Shown here: in pieces, positions 39,627 to 47,625 of the stretch
Layout of the letters: each line of letters begins with the position of its first letter
Position numbering within the stretch: the first letter of the stretch is position 1
From: Gemmatimonadales bacterium UBA1142
GTDB taxonomy: Bacteria > Gemmatimonadota > Gemmatimonadetes > Longimicrobiales > Gaopeijiaceae
Reading direction: 5' to 3'
DNA length: 64,000 nt
Assembly (NCBI GenBank): GCA_002311875.1
Contig: DCAD01000029.1
Coordinates: 35,597-99,596, forward strand
Notes under the pieces: generated by a model
Database searches by the model: none
The model's input: the letters and a program-made list of their open reading frames with translations, nothing else
What the model was told of the DNA's origin: nothing
Made by a program: the position numbers and the translations under genes

Positions 39627-40930
39627 GGCAGCTCCATTGCTCGACCCACAGTCACAATCAATCTGAGAACCGGACCATTTTCGTCCCCTGGTCCGTGAAA
39701 AGAGGCGTAAGCAATTGAGATCGGCTCAAACACCGATAAGAGGGCCAACGTCTTAGTCGGGTTGGCGACCCCATCCTGGTCGCGCAAGAGGTTTCTGACA
39801 AACGCCGTAATTGGGATTTCTATGTCCGTCCCAGCATGGACACCAAAAGCGTCAGGCCCGACCCGCTGTCCAAGCAACCCTGTGAGAGATTCACCCAGCG
39901 GTGCCTTCGGGAGAGCATCTCGTCTCAGAACCTGGCGAACATCCAATCCGACAGAATCCGTCGGCTGGAAAGCTTGCTCACCTCGCGCGCTTTTCAGCGT
40001 GATCGCAGCATAGTTCAACTGGAGTGGTTCAAGTTCCATCGGACACCCACCCACAGCTACACAGAGCTCAGCAGGGCCATCCAGATGAGTAGGAATCTTG
40101 ACGTTGAGCACTGTTCGCCATGCAGGAACACCACCAATACGGATACCATTCGCAGGCGGCTCTGGGAATGGATCGTACACAAAGCTTATCTCATCTCGCT
40201 GGACACTCAGCACGACAAGTGTATCTGGGTTGGAACTCGGACGGGTGTCGAGCCTTAGGACCACCCTAGAGACCTGCAAACGAGTGTTCTCCGTGAGCAA
40301 CTCGATGCGGGCTCCTCGACTAGCATCTGCGGTATCCGCCCAAGCCTCCACCTGAACTGAGTCCAGCTCGAACCAAGCCGAGTCACCCTCCGCTGGATCC
40401 CATACGGTCGTTCCTATTGAGTTTACAGGACCAGCCCCTGGCTGAGGCCACGGTGTCAGGTCGTTGAGGGTATCCACTGCCGCCACCCACGTAACTGTCC
40501 TCTTATCCCACCGAGTCTGGATCGCACCCAAACCTAGCGTTACGGGACCACTAGTGATGCTCGCAATCGTGTCAAGAAAAGCAACGACTCGGCCTCCTAC
40601 AAATGTCAAACTCGAGTCGGGGCGGGTGGTTCCAGTGGTGTCCCGAACTTGATGCACGCTGGGGTAGGCTGCGAATCGGACTAAGGTGCGTGCGTCAAGT
40701 ATTCCCGCGAATGCATTCGCTACCACTCCTGTTCCGAGTTCCCACGGGGCTCCATACCCGCCAAAGACCTCCAGGTCCGACGCAAAGTCCTCCCAAGGGA
40801 GTTCGATCTCAATGGTGATTGGCTCCTTGGGTAAGAGGTCCGCATCCAAGGTAGTCGGGCTCTCCTCTTGGCAAGCGGCCATACCCACAGAAATCAGGCC
40901 AAAAAGGCTAATAACTAATGTTCTATGCAC
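39623..40930 (-). CDS. Predicted lipoprotein of unknown function (435 aa)
   Basis: Signal peptide plus lipobox (LISVGMAAC). Soluble, beta-rich-looking sequence with no motif I recognise. Its stop overlaps the start of the barrel gene (ATGA). Confidence 0.6.
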   Translation of the reverse strand: MHRTLVISLFGLISVGMAACQEESPTTLDADLLPKEPITIEIELPWEDFASDLEVFGGYGAPWELGTGVVANAFAGILDARTLVRFAAYPSVHQVRDTTGTTRPDSSLTFVGGRVVAFLDTIASITSGPVTLGLGAIQTRWDKRTVTWVAAVDTLNDLTPWPQPGAGPVNSIGTTVWDPAEGDSAWFELDSVQVEAWADTADASRGARIELLTENTRLQVSRVVLRLDTRPSSNPDTLVVLSVQRDEISFVYDPFPEPPANGIRIGGVPAWRTVLNVKIPTHLDGPAELCVAVGGCPMELEPLQLNYAAITLKSARGEQAFQPTDSVGLDVRQVLRRDALPKAPLGESLTGLLGQRVGPDAFGVHAGTDIEIPITAFVRNLLRDQDGVANPTKTLALLSVFEPISIAYASFHGPGDENGPVLRLIVTVGRAMELP

Positions 40931-41005
40931 GTCGTTTCATCTGAGGAATTTCTCGAATTTAGCCGCGTGAAACGCCCTAGGAGGTACGAAACCAATTTCT
41001 GATCA

Positions 41006-42130
41006 CTATTCATCTAACCCCCTCCAGATTCGGGGCAGACGCGCCGAGAGTCCTGTGAGAATCTCATATCCAATCGTATCGGCCTGTTCCGCTACGTCAT
41101 CCACCGTAATCTGCTCACCTTTATCTGAACCGATCAACGTGGCTACATCGCCCAAAGATATATTCGCGATGTCCGAGATGTTTACCACCGTTATATCCAT
41201 CGAGATCCGTCCGATGATCGGTGCTCGACAGCCTCGAATCAGCACCGACCCCCGATTTCCAAGCAGCCTTGGGATACCGTCCCCATAACCGATTGCAAGA
41301 CTCGCCCATTGCTCTTTGGCTTCAGCTTGGTAGGTAGCACCGTATCCGACAGTGTCTCCCGCATGAGCTTGCCGAATGTGGACGACCCGGGCGTGGACAG
41401 ACACAACCGGCTCAGGAGCCTGCAGGCCTGTACCTGCCCTGCCTCCGTAAAGAAAGATCCCGGTGCGTATCGCTGAAGCTGCGAGTTCTGGAAGTCGCAG
41501 AGCACCCGCACTGTTCACCACATGGATGAGCACACTATCCGGAACACTTAGCTCGCTGAGTGCCTCCTGAAAACGCCCCCATTGCTGCAATACTGTCTGG
41601 GGATCTTCATCGGCGGAATGGAGATGCGTGTAGGCGCCCACCCATCTAGCACCAACGTTGATGGCATTATCCAGGTCATGCTTCCAACCTCTAGCGTCCT
41701 TCCAATCGAAGCCAGCTCGACCAATACCGGTGTCAACCTCAACATGAATGTCCACAGCTCGCCCAACTCGCTCAGCAGCTTCAGTCACTAGCCTAAGGGC
41801 TTCGGGACTGGAGACACCGAGCTGCATGCCTGCCTCCACAGCTGCTTCGGTGGACGCAGGCGGAAGAGGACTCACCACGAGAACCGGGGACACGACGCCA
41901 AGTCTTCGAAGCTCTAGTCCCTCAGCCAGAGTAGCCACACCGAAGCCCCATGGATCCGCAGTCTCCAAGATTCGTACCGCCTCAGATAGGCCGAGTCCAT
42001 AAGCGTCGGCCTTGACCATTGGGATTAATAGTGCATCCGGCCCCACGACCTGGCGGAGGGTAGAGGCGTTTCGAAGGAGTGCACCGGCTTGGACTTCGAC
42101 CCAAGCGCGGTCACGGGGATTCGTTAACAT
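41006..42130 (-). CDS. alr: Alanine racemase
   Basis: PLP-lysine motif MVKADAYGLG, GRISMD. Length is typical. Confidence 0.92.
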   Translation of the reverse strand: MLTNPRDRAWVEVQAGALLRNASTLRQVVGPDALLIPMVKADAYGLGLSEAVRILETADPWGFGVATLAEGLELRRLGVVSPVLVVSPLPPASTEAAVEAGMQLGVSSPEALRLVTEAAERVGRAVDIHVEVDTGIGRAGFDWKDARGWKHDLDNAINVGARWVGAYTHLHSADEDPQTVLQQWGRFQEALSELSVPDSVLIHVVNSAGALRLPELAASAIRTGIFLYGGRAGTGLQAPEPVVSVHARVVHIRQAHAGDTVGYGATYQAEAKEQWASLAIGYGDGIPRLLGNRGSVLIRGCRAPIIGRISMDITVVNISDIANISLGDVATLIGSDKGEQITVDDVAEQADTIGYEILTGLSARLPRIWRGLDE

Positions 42131-42195
42131 AGGCTCTCAAAGATGCCAAGAAACTGGGCGTCCGAACATGAGCCATCTAACCGGATACCTACTCG

Positions 42196-42984
42196 ATGAC
42201 ACGACCCAACAAGGATATCAAGCCTAACCCTCTTCATTTCCCGGGCCCGGGTATGCTCGAACGAGCTGTCCAACTCGTGCGGTTTTTGCGAAAAAACTGT
42301 CCCTGGGATAGAGAACAGACTGCCGAGAGTCTTATACCGCATCTACTTGAGGAGACACATGAGGTCGTTGATGCGATCCGTGAGGGCTCCGATAAGGATC
42401 TTGAAGGAGAGTTGGGTGATTTACTCTTAAACGTGGCCTTTCAAATAGTGGTCGCCGAGGAATCCGATAGTCTCGACACCGAAAGTGTCTATCGGCACCT
42501 CGAAAAGAAAATGGTCCAGCGCCACCCTCAACTATTCGGAAATGTTGAGCACCAAGATTGGGAGAGATTAAAAAAGTTAGAACGAGCAGAAACAGAGGGA
42601 GTGCTTGCAGGCATGGCCAGCGGGCTGGATCCCCTCACGGCGTCTTACCGAATTCAGGAACGGGTTGCTGGTGTAGGTTTTGATTGGGAAAATCACCTAG
42701 GTGCACGAGATAAGGTGGCTGAAGAACTCGACGAGGTTACGCAGGCGGCTGAAGCTGGAGACTCAGCTGGATTAGAAGAGGAACTAGGAGACTTACTTTT
42801 TGCCGCAGTCAACCTCACCCGGCTCGCAGGCTCACATCCCACCACGGTACTTGCTCGAGCGAACATGAAGTTCCGCAGCCGCTTTGAGCACCTGGAGAAA
42901 CTTGCCCGAGACGATGGGTTGATTATTGAGGAATCTAGCCTAGAAGTGCTCAATACATTGTGGGAAAAAACGAAGAGCAGCTAA
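42196..42984 (+). CDS. mazG: Nucleoside triphosphate pyrophosphohydrolase MazG
   Basis: LRKNCPWDREQT, EETHEVVDAI and a second EELGDLLF repeat. The start may instead be ATG 42253 (MLERAVQLV). Confidence 0.9.
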   Translation: MTRPNKDIKPNPLHFPGPGMLERAVQLVRFLRKNCPWDREQTAESLIPHLLEETHEVVDAIREGSDKDLEGELGDLLLNVAFQIVVAEESDSLDTESVYRHLEKKMVQRHPQLFGNVEHQDWERLKKLERAETEGVLAGMASGLDPLTASYRIQERVAGVGFDWENHLGARDKVAEELDEVTQAAEAGDSAGLEEELGDLLFAAVNLTRLAGSHPTTVLARANMKFRSRFEHLEKLARDDGLIIEESSLEVLNTLWEKTKSS

Positions 42985-43024
42985 GCATTTATTTAGCGGC
43001 ATACCGTCAACGGATAAGGGCTTC

Positions 43025-44107
43025 TTAGTACCCCGCCGCCTTGTCAACGACGTTTCGCCACTCCTTCATGGGAGAATCCTCTAAGTAGCACTCCAGGTTA
43101 TGTAGGATCAGGTCCGTCTCGCGCCTCCAAAAACCTCGAGACACTGCCGAAACGTGCGGTGTGATTAGTACCTTTGAGTGTCCCCAAAGCTCGTGGTCCC
43201 CCGTAAGAGGTTCTTTCTGGAAAACATCAAGTGCCGCGCCACGAAGTCTTCCAATATCAAGCGCCTCAATCAGAGCTTCTTCGTCTATTAGCTTACCTCG
43301 AGCGACATTGATAAGCACCGCACCCTGTTTCATCCGGCCAAACGCATCTCTATCCATAATACCGCGCGTCTTCGGTGTATCAGGCACTGCCAGGACAAGG
43401 ACATCACTCCGCGCCAGGCAAGCTCTAAACCCCTCTTCCCCACTTAGAATCTCAATTCTTCCTGCAAGCATACTTTGGCCGGCAGGTGCCATGAACTCCT
43501 GATCATCTTCTGGGGATGACGTGCGCTTCAGGGCCACTACCCTCGCTCCAAGACCAGCTACTCGCAGCGAGACCTCACGGCCGATCCCACCGAAGCCCAA
43601 GACACCAACCGTCAACTCAGAGAGTTCGGTGAGAGGCGCACCTTCCATGTAATATGGATCAGAGTCCCAGATTGACTTCTGCTGGTTGGCAACCGCCAGG
43701 TCGAGGCCCCTTCCGAAGTAGAGGATCATCGCTAAAACGGTCTCGGCGATTGGTTCAGCGTGAATACCAGCCGAGTTGGTGAAAATGACGTCTCTCTTAA
43801 GCATAGATGGGGTCAAGGAGCTTCCGACCCCCGCAGCGCCAGAATGGACCCATCTCAAACCTGGCGCGGCTTCCAAGAGTTCCGCCGGAATTCCATACCC
43901 GAAGTAGAGATCCGCCTCTGCAGATACTTCAAGAACGGCACGTGACACACGCGCCGCACCGTCACCTGATCCATCTGTTGCTTCGTCGATTACCAGTAGT
44001 TCCCATTCTCTTGGTAGCCTGGCACGAATCTCCTCAGGTACCCATGGGGGCATGGCCCATATAGGCCGCTGATCCATCATGTCTAGAACCGCTCTAGGCA
44101 TCTTCAA
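43025..44107 (-). CDS. D-isomer-specific 2-hydroxyacid dehydrogenase family protein
   Basis: NAD fold GVLGFGGIGREV, LINVARG, catalytic His context ITPHVSA. Substrate unknown. Confidence 0.8.
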   Translation of the reverse strand: MKMPRAVLDMMDQRPIWAMPPWVPEEIRARLPREWELLVIDEATDGSGDGAARVSRAVLEVSAEADLYFGYGIPAELLEAAPGLRWVHSGAAGVGSSLTPSMLKRDVIFTNSAGIHAEPIAETVLAMILYFGRGLDLAVANQQKSIWDSDPYYMEGAPLTELSELTVGVLGFGGIGREVSLRVAGLGARVVALKRTSSPEDDQEFMAPAGQSMLAGRIEILSGEEGFRACLARSDVLVLAVPDTPKTRGIMDRDAFGRMKQGAVLINVARGKLIDEEALIEALDIGRLRGAALDVFQKEPLTGDHELWGHSKVLITPHVSAVSRGFWRRETDLILHNLECYLEDSPMKEWRNVVDKAAGY

Positions 44108-44145
44108 TCTACCTTATCAACAGCACACGGTATCAGCGGGGAGTC

Positions 44146-45453
44146 CTACGGATAAAGCCGGTTCATCAGGCGCGGGAAGGGGATCATTTCACGGATGTGA
44201 TGCCGACCTGTGATCCAGGCTACAGTGCGTTCAAGACCGAGACCAAACCCAGAGTGAGGGAAGCTTCCATAGCGTCTCAGGTCGAGATACCATACGTACG
44301 CCTCCTCCGGCAGACCCTCCTCACGGATTCTGGCCGCCAAACGGTCTAGGTCATCCTCGCGTTGGCTCCCACCAATGATCTCTCCATATCCTTCCGGAGC
44401 AAGCAGGTCATTACACAGCACCGTATCCGAGTCGTCAGGATTTTCTTTCATGTAGAATGCCTTCGCGCTTTTTGGGTAGTTGTAGACGAAAAGAGGAAGA
44501 TCATGATCCTCCATCAATGCAGCTTCGTCTGTTGCCCCAAGGTCCATACCCCACTCAGTGTTAGAACCTTTTTCCTTTAGGATTTCGAGCGCCTCAGTGT
44601 AGCTGACACGCGGGAAGGGTGGGATGACACCCTCAAGTTTACTGATATCTCGGTCAAGTACCTGCAATTCATCAGAACACCTCTCGAGAGCTCTCTCCAC
44701 TAAATAGGACAGGAACTCTTCTTGGAGGCGCATATTGTCGTCCGAATTGGCGAAAGCGACCTCTGGTTCGACCATCCAGAACTCGGTCAAGTGCCGCCGA
44801 GTTTTTGACTTCTCTGCACGGAATGTCGGGCCGAAGCAATAGACCTTCTGGAATGCAGGGCAAGCAGCCTCAACGTAGAGTTGTCCAGTCTGTGCAAGGT
44901 ACGCCGTATCACCGAAATAGTCCGTCTTGAAGAGGGTCCCTGCATGCTCACCGATCGCTCCCGTAAGGATAGGTGTATCTATCCGGACGAACTCCCTACC
45001 ATAGAAAAAATCGTTGATCGCCTGCGAAATCTCGGCTCGAACCCGGAGGACTGCCCTCTGCAGAGCCGAACGCAGCCAGAGATGGCGGTGGTCGAGCAGA
45101 AAGTCGACGCCGTGTTCCTTGGGCTGAATGGGGTAATCATCTGCAGCAGCAAGCAGCTTCAAGCCACGGATTTCGATCTCATAACCCCCCGGTGCGCGGG
45201 CGTCCTCTTTCACCTTGCCCTCGATCGAAATCAACGCCTCTTGGTTGAGAGCCCCATACAGATCCCATGTAGCTTCATCCAGATCATCTCGGACAAGCAC
45301 GCACTGCACCGTACCGGTGCCGTCCCGAGTCACCACGAACGCAACTTTTCCGTGCCCACGAGTGGTTTCGACCCAGCCCTGTAGGGAAACCATTTCTCCC
45401 ACGTGATCACCCAACTTGTTGATATCAACTAGCAAGTCGCTCGAAACCTCCAC
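44146..45453 (-). CDS. asnS: Asparaginyl-tRNA synthetase
   Basis: OB fold followed by class II motifs FRAEKSKTRRHLTEFWMVEPE and GFGLGLER. Confidence 0.93.
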   Translation of the reverse strand: MEVSSDLLVDINKLGDHVGEMVSLQGWVETTRGHGKVAFVVTRDGTGTVQCVLVRDDLDEATWDLYGALNQEALISIEGKVKEDARAPGGYEIEIRGLKLLAAADDYPIQPKEHGVDFLLDHRHLWLRSALQRAVLRVRAEISQAINDFFYGREFVRIDTPILTGAIGEHAGTLFKTDYFGDTAYLAQTGQLYVEAACPAFQKVYCFGPTFRAEKSKTRRHLTEFWMVEPEVAFANSDDNMRLQEEFLSYLVERALERCSDELQVLDRDISKLEGVIPPFPRVSYTEALEILKEKGSNTEWGMDLGATDEAALMEDHDLPLFVYNYPKSAKAFYMKENPDDSDTVLCNDLLAPEGYGEIIGGSQREDDLDRLAARIREEGLPEEAYVWYLDLRRYGSFPHSGFGLGLERTVAWITGRHHIREMIPFPRLMNRLYP

Positions 45454-45497
45454 TTTAGATGCGAAACCTCTGAGAACGACTAGTCCATCCGGGACCT

Positions 45498-47579
45498 CTA
45501 GCCAACCCCAAACATGGCAAGTCGATCTTGATACCGGGATTCTATGAGCTCAGCCAGGTGCTTATGGTCGATATGTTCAAGGTCTGGATCAACGGAAATG
45601 AGCTGCCTTGCGGTCTCTTGAGCCACAACAAGTAGATCTTCGTCTGCTATAAGGTCAGAGAACCGGAGGACAAGATCACGCCCATGCTGCTGACTCCCAA
45701 AGAGATCTCCTTGGCCCCTCATACGTAGATCCGCACGAGCGATCTCAAAGCCATCCGTGGTGTCTCGGAAGATGTTCAGCCGCTCTAGCGCGTCCCCTTC
45801 ACCCTCCGCAATCAGGATACAGTGACTTTCGGTGGGTCCCCTTCCTACGCGCCCCCTCAACTGATGCAGCTGGGAAAGTCCGAAGCGCTCTGCGTGTTCT
45901 ATGAGCATCACAGAAGCATTGGGGATATCGATACCCACTTCTACGACCGTAGTAGCCACCAGCAGGTCAAGATCCCCCCTCGAGAACGCACCCATCGTGT
46001 CGTCCTTCTGGGATGCAGAAAGCTGTCCGTGGAGTAGTCCCAGCCTAAAGCTGGGGAAAATCTCACGCTGCAATCGTTCGAATTCCTCTGTCGCAGCAAG
46101 CAGATCAACCTTGTCAGACTCCCTGACAAGAGGATACACAACGTATACCTGACGGCCCTCTTTGATCTGAGCGCTTACAAATTTGTAGACAGACTCTCTC
46201 TGCGCAGGTGCATGCAGTTCAGTCTTGACCGGCTTCCGTCCAGGCGGGAGTTCATCCAGGATGCTCAAGTCAAGATCCCCATAAAAAGCCATGGCTAGTG
46301 AGCGGGGAATCGGGGTAGCGGACATCACCAGAACGTCGGGGCGATCATTGTATCGCTCTAGGAGTGCCATACGCTGGCGTACTCCGAACCGGTGTTGTTC
46401 GTCGACAATCAAGAGGCCAAGATTCCGGAAGGTGACTGAATCCTGAATCAGGGCGTGTGTACCGATTATGACTCGGCCAGAACCGGATTCAATCGCTGCC
46501 AACGCCTCACTACGTTCGTGCCCCTTCAAACTCCCGGTGAGTAGAACGACGTTAACTTCTAGAGGTTGAAGCACGGAACGAAGCTTACGGAGGTGTTGTT
46601 CAGCGAGGATCTCGGTCGGCGCCATAAGTGCTGACTGATAACCTCCTTCAGCTGCTAAGAGCATCGCGAAGAGCGCCACGATGGTCTTACCTGCTCCGAC
46701 ATCCCCCTGGAGGAGCCGATTCATACGCCGTTCCATCTGCATGTCAGCATAGATCTCGCTCAGTACCCGAGCCTGAGCCTCAGTCAGCTCAAACGGGAGC
46801 GCCTCATGAAGCGGGCGAATCAACTCGTTCGAGCGTTGGTGAGAGATCCCAGGCTCTACCTCAGTTGCTTTCCTTCTGGCTTGTGCCTGAACGATCTGCA
46901 GGTGGAAGAGTTCATCGAACGCGAGCCTACGGCGACCGCGCTCCGCATCAGCCAGGTTGTCAGGACGGTGCAGCAGTGACAAGGCCTCGTCCAATCTAGG
47001 TAGTCCACGGGCTCGCCTCTCGCTCTCCGACATGTACTCGTCATCACTCGCCCACTCCAACAGTTTGTCGAGGTTGGTCCCAAAGATCCTTCTGAGCACC
47101 CACTGCGGTACTTCCTCGCTCGCCCGATAGCTTACAAAGATCCTGCCACCCATTTCGTCATCCTCCTCCCGCGAGAGGGTGGTAAATTCTCGTGGTTGGA
47201 TCTGGCGACCGTGAAAAAATCTGACCGGCCCACTAACAAGTAGGACATCCCCCTTGCTCAGCTTACGATCTAGCCAGGGCTGCCCCGGCCAAGATGCTGT
47301 GATCATCCCTGAATCGTCCTCCAGAACAGCCTGGAAGATCCGCAACCCAGTGCGTGTTGGGATTACACCTTTGCTCCGTACTCGTCCTACAACCGTCGTC
47401 TCCAAGCCAACCTCTAGGTTGGCAATGGGTGTGATCGTTGATGCGTCGTCGTAGCGGCGAGGGAGGTGATAGAGGAGATCTCTCGCGGACCCGATACCCA
47501 TCCGAGCCAATGCATCAGCTCGTGTAGGGCCGACACCCTTCAAGAACTGTACGGGCCGATCAAGGTTGGAGAATGTCAT
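45498..47579 (-). CDS. recG: ATP-dependent DNA helicase RecG
   Basis: Wedge/OB N-domain, Walker A GDVGAGKT, DEQHRFG, SATPIPRSL, QLRGRVGRG. Confidence 0.95.
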   Translation of the reverse strand: MTFSNLDRPVQFLKGVGPTRADALARMGIGSARDLLYHLPRRYDDASTITPIANLEVGLETTVVGRVRSKGVIPTRTGLRIFQAVLEDDSGMITASWPGQPWLDRKLSKGDVLLVSGPVRFFHGRQIQPREFTTLSREEDDEMGGRIFVSYRASEEVPQWVLRRIFGTNLDKLLEWASDDEYMSESERRARGLPRLDEALSLLHRPDNLADAERGRRRLAFDELFHLQIVQAQARRKATEVEPGISHQRSNELIRPLHEALPFELTEAQARVLSEIYADMQMERRMNRLLQGDVGAGKTIVALFAMLLAAEGGYQSALMAPTEILAEQHLRKLRSVLQPLEVNVVLLTGSLKGHERSEALAAIESGSGRVIIGTHALIQDSVTFRNLGLLIVDEQHRFGVRQRMALLERYNDRPDVLVMSATPIPRSLAMAFYGDLDLSILDELPPGRKPVKTELHAPAQRESVYKFVSAQIKEGRQVYVVYPLVRESDKVDLLAATEEFERLQREIFPSFRLGLLHGQLSASQKDDTMGAFSRGDLDLLVATTVVEVGIDIPNASVMLIEHAERFGLSQLHQLRGRVGRGPTESHCILIAEGEGDALERLNIFRDTTDGFEIARADLRMRGQGDLFGSQQHGRDLVLRFSDLIADEDLLVVAQETARQLISVDPDLEHIDHKHLAELIESRYQDRLAMFGVG

Positions 47580-47625
47580 TAGAATGAATCCTTAACATCC
47601 ATCCTCGTTCAAGTGCTCCGCGGGT

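Noticed and set aside
40933-40974. Inverted repeat CGTTTCA...TGAAACG between alr and the lipoprotein gene
   Set aside because: The 7-bp arms are separated by a 28-nt spacer and have no U-tract. This is not a convincing terminator or operator and could occur by chance.
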